Source: Orbicella franksi
Lineage: Eukaryota
Reading direction: 5' to 3'
Length of the DNA: 64,000 nt
NCBI GenBank assembly: GCA_964199315.1
Contig: OZ116708.1
Coordinates: 3,844,001-3,908,000 of the forward strand
The position numbers and the translations under genes were made by a program. The notes beneath the pieces were generated by a model, which saw only the letters and a list, made by a program, of their open reading frames with translations, was not told the DNA's origin and did not search any database. Numbering within the stretch: position 1 is the first letter of the stretch; every line of letters starts with the position of its first letter. Positions 1 to 12,000 of the stretch are shown here, in pieces.

Positions 1-3000
1 GGACTGGCCAAATCCAAGCTGTGTGGAACTCTAGCTAAATCGTTCACGAGTCCTTTCTTCAGTAGTAGCTTCATGACATTGTTGGGCTGCACCCCCGCGG
101 CTGCTGCCGCATGTTGCGAAGATTGAGGTCCCGTCTCGATCATTGTTTGTACTAAGGTAAAGATCGCCTGTAGCCTGGAGTGTTTTGCAGTTGACTCTGG
201 TAAGCTCAAGGCTCGTCCTAGAGAGGCCTTCATCTCGGCAACCAGGACCTGCTGAGCTTCAGGTGCCTGGTGACATGTAGCGATTGTTGCAAGTAAGATG
301 CGCGCAAAAGATGGAGTGTCTTCATTGTCAGTTGGTGTGCCAGATGGAAGAAGGTGATCTAGAATGAAGGCTAGGACTGGTCCTTCATACTGTGGAGCAC
401 ACAACAAACACTTTAATGTTGCTAAGGTGATTTTGATCTCCATGTTTGCATTTTTCTATTGACAATTTTATAATTAGTCATGGTCTACTATATTTTATTT
501 GAAGCTAGAGGGAATTACACTTAAGAGAGAATAACCATTGGACCTGTCTAAGCCCAGTAGAGGGCGATCAACCAGAGGAGACCTGTGTTCGGAGAAACTA
601 CAGGGTCAGAGAACCATTTTCACTATGTAAAAGAGATGCTGATGGCAAGGACATGTTAACAATAGGATTGTCTGTACAAGAGTTAGTTTTAGATTTTGGA
701 CTTCTACCTAGAGAACTCACTAAAGGGGCAATCTCTAGATTGTGACTGCATACAGGGGTACTTTTAAAAAGACGATCCTCTACACAGTAGCTATCTGCAA
801 AGAGACTCTTCAAATTGGGATGTTTTCCTGAGGGAGATATCTGGTTATGAATCTAAAGGAGTTATCCGCGGGAAGACCATCTGCGGGGAAAGACAACACA
901 CAAGAGGCCGTTGGGGGCAGGGGAAAAGCCTAATTGAAGAGTATCTACTTTTGTGCTACAAGCTGACTAACCTCTGATGCTGAAGACAGCTGGGCAGTAT
1001 GACTGTAGTCTGTAATAAGCTGTGCTACTCCTGCATAAGACTTCACCAGCTCTGCTAACAGCTTCAGAATGGCTGACTTGGGTAAGAGAGGCTTGGAAGG
1101 TGCCTTGACATCTGGGGTTGAATCCTTGTTTTCTTCTGTGGCATTAACTTCGTCCTTCTTTTCATCAGTTTTTAATAGTGACTGTGAATTGCCTTGGCTG
1201 CTATTTTGCGAAGAATCTACATTGTATACAAAAAATACTTGCGTCAACATACGAAGTACAAGCAAATAGGTTGACTGTGAAATAGTAAATCCTATTACGT
1301 TTGATAACCACTTTGCTCACGCTTTTGCATCGTGTGTTCACACTTTAATGGCACTCGCAATGACTGTAGATAACTAGTACTAGAGGACTTGACAACTCGG
1401 AGTCCAGGAAAAACTCTCAAACTTACCCAGAGCCATTTCTTCAACTTCAACGTCCTCTCCAGTGAGTTGTCTTGTGTAGGCAGGTAGTTGACGAGCTGTC
1501 AGATTCTGCTGAGCGCCCTGACCACTAAACCCAGCTAGCAGATCACCAACTTGACCCAAAGCACGGCCGAGCTCGCCAAGCATTTGACTGTCTGAGCGGC
1601 ACATAAGGATTCCTCTATCCATTGCCCTTGCCGTGCTGTCAGACGCACATAAAACATTCAACAGATCGCAGACAACGCCATGCACCTGTTTTGCCACTGG
1701 GGGAGGTTTAGCAGGCTTTGCCACACTTGCCTTCACAATCTGAGCATAGTTCGATGGCATGTTTGTCTCTCCGCCTTCAATCATTGTCCGTCTTAGTTGA
1801 GGAGTTATGGCTAACTGTAGCGAGCTTGTAGCTACTTCCTTGAAAAGTTCAGCATTGCGACAAGCTGCAGGTCCTAGAATTCGTAATATATAATTTATCT
1901 CTTTAGCACCAGGTGAGCTTTGACTCACTCCAGTGACTGTACTACTGACACTACTGGTCGCTGACGATCGCACAACTTTCTCCATAGTGTGTTTCAAGTT
2001 CTCTTCGTCTTCCAACACATGCCTAAGGAGAAGGGTTGCCAGTGTTGTAAAACCAGCAACTGCAGAGTCTTGTGTGAGGAAAAGGAGCGCACGAGCTCCG
2101 CCTTGTTCCACAAACTGGACTGCGTACTTGTGTTCTTGAGTGAGTCTGAGACATAATTTCAGGACTGCTTGAAGGGTTGTTGGCGAGACAGGAATACTAA
2201 TAAGTCTTGTGCAGCATCTAAAACAGGATTATAAATGATAAGATAGGAAGAGGTAAACAAAGAAAACAAATTCAAATGGGACTGCTAAGAAGTACAACAT
2301 TGACAAACTCAGAGACTAACGAACTCAGCAATAATCATCTTGAGTAAAAAACGTTCCTTAAGGAACAGCTTTAAACTGGAAGCAGAAAGCTTAAAAGTTT
2401 TAAAATTCTTAACTAGAGAACGTTTTTATTCAAGACGATTTGAAATTCTGGTAACTTCATTTTTACTCGGCAATGATGTTTAGAATTCGTACAACATGCA
2501 GTTTTCAACAAATGTCATTTCCCCATCAGAAATAAGAACAACTAACAAGAGGAGCATAGACTGGATCACTCTATGGAAAAACTTGAGAGGCTCAGAATTC
2601 TGTTATCACAGATTGTTCATATCAACACTGAAAAGAGTGGAAGGGAAACTGTCCCAGCAATTTAAATCCTTGTGAGGATCTTTTAATACCTGATTACAAG
2701 AGCCTTCTGATCATCATTTAAGTGGTGAATAACCACACGTCCCTCAGTCTTCTCAGTTTTTGCCGAATCTGAAAAATACCGATAACGAACAATTACTCAA
2801 GCATCAAATAAACCTTACAAGCCTGAAACTCTCTATGGCTTTTTGCATGATCAATGTGCAAACTTCATTTTCCACGCAAATGCGGGCTTCATCCAACCTT
2901 CAAAGGAGTTATATGAAATGCTTGGACGAAATATCAACTCATGTTTTGTGATATAAAAGAATCGCCCTCAAATCAAAGGAATCTTTAAAATAATAGTTTA

Positions 3001-6000
3001 CTAAGGTTCGTAAACACCAAAAAGGTAAATATAAACCAAAGAACTACAAGGATGGTCAAGATTTCAATGAGATTAAAACGGATTACAAACAACGGCATTT
3101 GTGTCACGATTAGAGCGGTTTTCAAAACCAAACCCAGAGTAATCACTCTAGTCAATCACAAAGATAATCCAATACACCAACCAAAACTCGAAGTAAATAC
3201 ATTTACATGTAGCTGGTGCGAAGCGCGGGAAAACGTGCGGAAATGAGTTACGATTGGTTTTGCTTTTAGTTCTGATTGGATGAAAAAGTGCGAGAGTTTT
3301 TTAAGCCAATCGTGCAGCGTATTAATGCAAAACCAATTACTTTTCGATACTTAAGTGAAAACCACTCCATTGCCACGAAAAATTGTTACCTGAGCTTTCT
3401 CTGTCTTGCTTATCTTTCTTTGCTTTCTTGCTTGGCTTATCCTGGGAGGTACTCTGAGAATCTTCTCCGCTTCCTTTACCGCTAGCAACAGAGGCGCTGC
3501 TTGAAGAACTCTCTGCTTCGTCTCTTCTGCTTGTTGACGCACCACTACTGGGGTTGTCGACTGCTTCCAGCATTATAGGACGTCTGTTACCCGAGTCTTC
3601 ATTTACCTGCAGCAAAACACAATAAAATAAGAGTTCAAGCAACAGAAATATCGCGCACCACTCACAGTACCGCTCACTCTCAAACAGAAGTCATGAAGAA
3701 TACAAACAAAAATTACTCCACAATAATGACCCGAAAAATTGCTGTATAGATCATTACATAACATTACAAACATAACGGAAAATTCACCTGAACCATGGTG
3801 GAAAAGTTCACTAAATAACGCCGCCTTCCTGCCATAAATCTGGGAGAAAAATAAAAAAAAAAAACAAAACTTACTTATGACTTCTCTTTTGTGGTATTTT
3901 AAAAAGAATCAATACCAGAAAAATTCCTCTAATAGAGAAGTGATTTAGTCCAGCTCTGGTCCTCTCTCTGTCACGCAATGCTACGCTCTCAGGTTGCGTG
4001 ACGGAGAGAGGGACAGAACTGGATTAGAACTGATTCCACTGAACATGACGACTTACCTGACTCGTGATTCTCCATTCCTGTATGCTGCATCGATGGTTGT
4101 GTTGTTGTTAACATTGTAGTTGTACCAGCGACCACTTCGGTCGTCAAACCATTTCCAGGCATGAGTAGTACACTTATTGGGAAGAAAAGCAAAGCAGCAA
4201 TTCGTCATCATTTACTTCACGTTAACACACTGAGACAGATTATAATAGTACAGTTAAATGCAATTTAACTACGTTACAAGGAATTGTCTGCCAGTGTGTA
4301 TAGAAGACAGCTACAATCAGCTTGTTGTGCGTGTATGGCAGTGATAGCTTTAAGTTCATGCATTGCAAATTCTTGTTTGCTAGATTTTTACTTGCCCTCC
4401 CTCTCTTTTACTTTTTCTCTCTGTCTATTTAGTACGTTGGGTATGTGTTAGCCCTGTATGGACGCTCATGGCTGGCCTGCAGGAACACTGGGCAAACATG
4501 GGATTAGAAATCTGGCTAGGAATGGCTGACCACATAAGAGGTCATGCCAAATGATCTGTAGAGAAATTGAACTGAATGTTCACTTGTTAAATAACGTACT
4601 TTTTAAAAATGAATAAGAATGGTAATTTACTCTACCTTGTCATGAAGTTGTTTTCTTTTAGTTGTGACTGCCATTTTCTCGTGCGTGTCCAAGAAAAGTA
4701 TAAGTGGAGACAACCATCTATGAGAGAAACAGAAACGTGAGAAAGTCCTGCACTTCTAGTACTATTTTTAAGTGCGACATAAGTGGGAATCACCATTTTC
4801 AAGGATGAATAGAGGCAGACAGGGTTTCACAAAAGTGTTCTACACTACACAATATGCATTAAAACTCTTCAGAAAATAGCCCAAAGAAAATAGGCGCGAT
4901 GATTGGTTTAAATCGTGTTTTTGTAACTCGACAGAAACAGAACTAGCATGAGCTGTTGACGTAATGATGGTGCGGGCAAAGAGAATTTACATGTTGGTAA
5001 TTAAAGTAAACAAGTTGTTTCCTTCTTCTCGTCGGGGTGTTTTCTACAAGAAATACAGAACATGTTCTCCGTGTTTCTACCGAGTTATAAAAACATTCGT
5101 GAAAGTCGTGAAGAACTCGAAAAACCTGTGGAAACACTCGCCTGTCAGCTCGTGTTCCCACAGCATTTATCATTCTCCCAAACTTCCATTCGTGTTTCTG
5201 TAACTCGATAGACACACGGTACATAATATTTTCTATTTCTTAAGAACACAGAGGAATACATACACTGGTGTAGTAGCAGTATTTCCCATCAACTTGATTT
5301 GTACGAGATTTGCCTGGCACAGTTCAAGTAGCTCTAGTAATGAGTTCAGGATGCCAAACTTCTCAACAATGGCTTCACATTGAAACTTCTTCTCCTGTAA
5401 AACAAAATATTCAGGGCAAGGAATGTTTTTAATTTTTCATGGCAACACTTAACACCAACATACACTTTGTACACATACTAGTAAACTACGTACTTCAAAT
5501 AATAAGCAAGTGAGATGCAGAAGAGAAGACAAGCGTGCAGCTTCAGGTGTAGAATTCAGCTGTGACATACTCTCCTCAAGTTGCTTGGTGTCAGAACTTT
5601 GGTTAGTGCAAGACTTCAAAACAACCCCAATGTCCGTTGTAAGCTGCAGAAAAACAAGACTACTCTAATAAGGAAATAATTTCACAAACTCAGCAAACAA
5701 TGTCAAACAAAACATGCAAAAGTTATAGTCTGAAATATCAATCTTAATGTTCCTGATGTGGAATCAATCAGTGACTACTCATAAACTCTCATCAGTCATA
5801 TAAGCGAAATGCAGAGGTTTCATTAAGGGCTAGGCAACTGACAAATCGACCGGCTGTGAGGATGATATTAACTGCCTGGTTTGATCATCTATTAAAAGGA
5901 AAGCTTTTCTTATAAAGAAATTCCGTTGAAAAAGCTTTTTCCCGCATGGAAAATCCAGTTGCCCTCCTATTGAAAACGTCAATGAAACTCCTGCAAAATG

Positions 6001-9000
6001 GCAAGTAAACGTTGCTAAAAGACAGGGAGAAACACAACACCTGTTTTAAAACATGCATCATTGTGCTCTGCTTCCACTCCTCGCCATTACGCTGCGCCAC
6101 CACAGAGAGAACATCACAAGCTTTGAAGACAGTTCCTGGCATGCCAGTCAACACTTCAAGACAGCCTTGCAGCATGCCGGCAGTAAACTGATCTAGCACG
6201 GTCTTCTCCAAAGGAGTGGAATCATCACCATTGTCATCACCTTTTTCGTCTTTTTCTTTATCCTCTATTGTTTCTTCTACCTTCTTTGTTTTAGAGCTTG
6301 TCGCAGCAGGGGCAGCAGCAGAAGTGGTGTCAACAACAGCACCAGAAACAGCAGGGGCAACAGCAGACTATACATAAGTGAAAAGAGGTCCAGGGTCTTA
6401 ACATTACAAGTCTAAGGGTATTGCCATCGCACAAACATTTCAATCGAATCCTTCAACGTGGCTAAACTATTGAAATAATCCAACTGGCCAGGAGAATACA
6501 AGCAGTAATAGCAGAAAATTATATGAAGAGGAAATTCTTTAATGTACCAGCTTAGTCCAGGATGCACCTGCAATGTATGACAAGCAATCCAACGATGCAA
6601 AACTACTGGTTTGAATTAATATAGCATTGGTTTTACGAACAACACCACGAAAGGACATGGAGCTGCAGATACCGGCAATGCTTCTACTGTTACACACAGA
6701 TAACTTGCACCTGTAGAAAACATCGGTTTTCAATTCTGTTCTTCAAAAATACTCAAGATTGTAAAACAATAGCTATAGTTCTCAGATGACAATACTAACT
6801 TTTGGAAACCCAAGGTAGGTACATGAACATGTATAGAGAAACCATTTCCGTTCATCATTGTGGCATTGTTGTACTAGCCTGAAAACACAGCTTTTGTTTC
6901 ATGCTGTGAAACAAAAGCTGGAAATCTGTCTGTGTTTGCAGGTTATTGTTGTTGTACCTGATCTTCAGCAGGGGTGTTTGTTATGTCCTGTCCTAGCGAC
7001 ATTGCTATGGCCCTCATCATTTGATCTTCTTCTAACATGTCATAATCCAAGCCAAGCTCCTAACAAAAAAAAAATTGTGATGTCATTTAACATCAAAACT
7101 TACACTTGACTAAAGCACGATGCAAAGAGTACCACACAACACCTACCCTTGCAGGTGGCGGTGGAGGGTGAGTCAAGATGTAATCAGTAGCCTCCTCAAG
7201 GCTGCCTGTGCTCAGCAGGGCCAGTCTAGCATGTTCATGAGTGAAACCCATGTCTATAAACTGAACAAGCAATAGGCTCATTGGTAACTAACTAGTAATA
7301 TATGTCACCATCCAAGAAGCTTTAAATGAAATGCAATGTGTGGTACTGCACACTGCCAACAGCTTTCATATAGACCGTGACATACTAAGGTTTCATCCTC
7401 AGACTCAAAAGTAAGAGCCACCCTATACAACTTAACGAATCAAAATAAACACTATCACATTAAATATTTCCCAGTATCTTTCAGCTACGTGTATATAACT
7501 GGTCATAACTGGTCTGGGAGCTAGGGGAACAGTTAAATAGATCTGACGATGGCCTCCACAAGCTAGTAAAATGAAAGCACACCAGTAGGTATACTGTACC
7601 TGCTGTAAATGCCGCATGTTGATCTCAGGTTGGGCACGTGAAGGTTCATCAGCAGGTCTTGCTGCTGCAGCAGTAGAGGAGCCACTTGTAGATGATGAGC
7701 TTTCGGCTACTGGTCCCAGCTTCTCTTTGATCACAGCCTCGCCCTTTATGATGTGGTAAAGTATGGCCAGCATGGATTCAGCCATGTGTGGACCGTACTC
7801 CTTAGGAAGTTTCTGTCCCCAGAGCTGTTGGACAGCTGAGAATGCTTTCTGCAAAAAGGAAAACAAGCAACCAATAGTGAACATGTTGTAAGCATAATTA
7901 TTATACAATGTATCTGGTCTTAACTGCCAGTGAATTCAAAGAAATGGGTACATGTAGTTTAACACATGAAAAAGGAATGCAAGTTGGTAGGTACAGTGTA
8001 CATATTGATGCATGTAGGTAGGTACATGTACATAATTTATATGTAGGTAGCTAGGTTTGCTAGTTAGGTACACATGTAGCTAGGTAGATAGGTAGGCACA
8101 TATATGTAGGAAGGTAGGAGGAAGGAATGAAGGAAGGAAGGATAGTGGGAATAGGGGGAAAAAGGCAAGGAAGGAGAAAAGCAGGAAAAGTAGGGGCAAG
8201 GAAGGATGGTGGGAAAACGTAACAGTTTAGGATATGCCTGAATAAAAATTATCAGGCTAAACTGTATAAATTTTTGTTTCATTCTTTGAACAAATAACTC
8301 CACAGTGGCTTACAAGCCATTATCTCATATCTTCCTAAAGGTCTGGACAGGATAACTTAATAAATACATCAGAATTCTTAGAAATAATTGTATGTACCTT
8401 TTGAGTTGCGACAAGAAAGTTGATGGGGTGGAATGGCACAAAGCCTGGCGCTGTAGATGTTTGAGGAAGACTGTGTGGAGAATCCATCAGGGTTTCAGAA
8501 TTAGACAATCTACTGACCAGTGTTAACCAGGAATCCAACAATTCCTGTGAACCAGCTAAAGGGGAAAGAAAACAACCATTCAGGAAAACAGTTCTAAATC
8601 TCAACAAGTTGACCATTGCAGAAAATGAAAATAAGCACTAGTCGTTACCTGGAAAACCTGAGTGACTAATGCTGTCATTCATGGGTGCTTTGCTGTCCTG
8701 ACTCAATACCAGTTTTAACAACCTGCATCCGTACAAACAATGGAAAAACAAACAATACATGTACACTGATCAAGAAAGAAACTAGTGGATCATTGGGCAA
8801 AAAAAGCTAAAGATGCTACTTCAACAGTCTACAGCTTTGAAATTTAGTTAGGTTTCCCTAACAGTATAATCATACCTACAAGTATTTATGCAGCTCAAGG
8901 AAAAGTACAAAATGTACAAGGCACACAATAAACACAAGACCAAGGCTATATTTATCATTTTAGTAAGACAAAACGTATGACATAACATAAGACAAAACGT

Positions 9001-12000
9001 TTAGATTTCTCAACGGAAAGTAAATCTTACAAGAAAAGGCTACTGTGTGCCCCGGACATGACAAATTGTTGCAGCATCAAGTGATAAGGATTCTTCTTTT
9101 CATCAAACAGCAGGCGAGAAGCAAAACCAACAATGCACATGTGGAAGTGCCATCTAAAAAAAAAAAAAAACAAAAACATTAAATTAAAAAGATATGGAGA
9201 TTTGATTGTGACCTTGCAATGGGAAGCTATAGATTGATTTCATTAAGTTAAATCTAATTTAGAGGTACCACAACAGGTATTTGTGGCAGGTGTAATTTTG
9301 ATATGGTGTGGCATCCTCCTGAGCTTCGAATTAAACTTATTAATTTTGGCATAGAAACTTGCTAGGAAGGGTCTTATATATTGCCTTGATAAAAACCGCT
9401 AATTTAAAGTAATAATTATGATAGTGTAACCATTTATTATTAAATAAAAGTGTCACTTCTGAATTGCAGACAAACCTTAGTTTAGGCACTAAAGTATTAC
9501 TGGGAAGGCCTTGCCAAGTCAAAGCATCCTTCAACACTTTGCTAAGCTGCAAAGCTACATGACGAGCTGGTAGGGTAGGAAGACCAGGTGTAGCTGCAGT
9601 ATGTGGAGCCCGTCGCTGCCGCTGAGCTGATCCAACACTGAGCTTCACAAGGAGGACAAACAGGTCTGACATGGCACGGCCGAGAGCAGTTGATGTCTGA
9701 AGAAGTTGTTTTATAATTCTTTGTTGTTCAGGAAGAAGACTTGACTTTGAAGTGGTGGTTTCACTGCTCCCTTCTGTGTCATTTGTCACTGTTATTGATG
9801 GGTTGCCTTCAGGTGCTTGTCCTGGAACTGAATATGAATTTGATTACAGCACTGGTCTTGCTAGTTGAACTATTGTACAATAGCTCAATTTGCCATTTCC
9901 TTTATTCTTTTTAATTTTACAGGTTCTTTGCAACAGAGGCAACTGTGGCCTCATGGGTAAGGCACTGGACTTCAAATTATGTTTTAATGAACAGGAAATC
10001 ACCCAGTCATTTCTGCAAAGAAACCTCAAAATAGCACTGTGATAGTAAGGGAAGACAGTTTTTATTTTCACAGGGCAATCCTCACCTGATGGCTCTTCTT
10101 GACTTGCCAATGTTGATGCTTTCAGCATCTCTAGATCTTTTTCAACCAGCTTTGTTTCCTCAGGTGATGTTTCTGACTTGCTTATGGTTTCCAACACAAT
10201 TGTCTCCCAGATGAGAAACATGTAAAGCTGACTGAGTTGTTTTAGCACAGTGATTCCCTGATCTGAACCCCAGTGATTCACACACAAGGTACGGATGTCA
10301 AACTGTCAATGTAATTGAAATTCTGTCAACATTTGATATTTCTACAGAATAGTACTTACAGTTCTCAAGGATCAAGGATCATTTGTTATCACTTTTATAA
10401 GAATTGTGGAGATGCAGTAGCCTACTGGTTAACACAATGGATTCTGGACTGAGTGACCTTGGTGCAAGCTCTGGCTGAGGACATTGCATTGTTTTCTTGG
10501 GCAAGTCACCTTACTCTCCCAGTGTCTCTTTCCACACAGATGTATAATAAACAGCAAATTTAATGCTTGGGAGGGGGTAACCCTGCCATGGATTAGGATC
10601 CCATCCAGGGGGGTGCAAAAATACTCCTAGTCGCTTAGTGCTACAGAAACCAGGATAAGCTCCAGATTTATGGGCCTGTTGGCCTGATAGAGACTTTACC
10701 TTACATTACTATAAGTAGAATTCCAACCACAAACCACACCCTCACCTGTCCCACTTTGCACACATGAAGGAACATGCTGATGTATGCATGAGCAGCTACA
10801 ATTCCATGCAACAGTGGAGTTAGCTGCATTGACGCCATGGCCTGTTGGGGTCGGCCTGATGACGCCACCTCATGCAACAGGATAGACAATGGAGACACAT
10901 CTGATCTTGAAATGAGGGGTTCCAAGGAAGTGAGAACATCAATGAGGAGAGTCAGACCTTGTTTTAATACTTGTGCTTCATGGGAAAGCATCTGAAAAAA
11001 AAGATATTCATGACGTCAAACAATGTATCGTCCTATAATGGGCCAAACATGGCCAGCAAACAGAAGTTGACATTCTAGCAGTCCGGATGGTTGGACTGGC
11101 ACCAAGGGGTTGGAAAGCTTTTGTTGTAGCATTTATAACTTACATGTATGTTCTTTTTTATAGAAGAAAAACAATAATGTGGTCCAAAATTGTGTGACAT
11201 TTGACCTCCACTTGTCATTCATGACTCACACATACAGGTGTATATGTGCATAAGCTCTATCGCTAATGCAAGTGGTAAAGGAACCTGCGATCCTTAGCGA
11301 TAAAGATAGATGTCTTTGGCTTCTGTATACTACTAGATGTATGTGGAAATACAATTGCATGCAATGATTAGATCCTTTTTTCTTCTAACCTGTTCATGAG
11401 AATTTGAGATAAAAAGGTATAGCAGACTTCTAAATACATCAGAGATCAAACCAGAGTACTTATACTCACCAGGATAGATTTGCATACACCTGACACAGAT
11501 TGACAAGCAGGAGAGGATACAAAGTCGAGAGGCAGGTTCGGCAAACCAAGGATGTTAATTAGAGGTTCGAGTCCTCCAAGACGAACAAACTCTCTGCAGT
11601 GATCATCAGTTGAATTGTTGCTCAGAATTGAGTCAACAAACCGAACCTATGGAGAGATATTAACTATTAAAAAACTAGTTTTGCATTTAATGTTCATTTT
11701 CTGTGAACTTGTTGGTGGGCTATTGTAGTGATACATATGCCAAAAAAAAAAAAAACATACCAGAACTGCACACTACAAATGCTTTTGCCTGCTGAACAAT
11801 ACGCGCCGGCACTTGCACCAACGTGTCGATGAGCACAAAAACCCATCGTCATCAATTGGAAAACATTTTCGCGAGGAACATTCTTTGGCCCCTAAAGATC
11901 TTACTAATAACTTTTCGATTTTAAAGAAATGTACAACCAAGTTTCACTGTCTTATTTTCGAAATGTTTTTTATTCACGAACTGAGACCAAGTCTCAATGT

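Noticed and set aside
1069-2139. Plus-strand ORFs overlapping HUWE1 exons (also 12844-13077, 13544-13753, 40479-40763, 53193-53504)
   Set aside because: Antisense shadows of real coding exons with no independent gene signals.
2592-2717. Apparent C/D snoRNA (ATGATGA ... CTGA) on the minus strand
   Set aside because: The C-box string lies inside HUWE1 exon 2690-2768 (codons for NDD).
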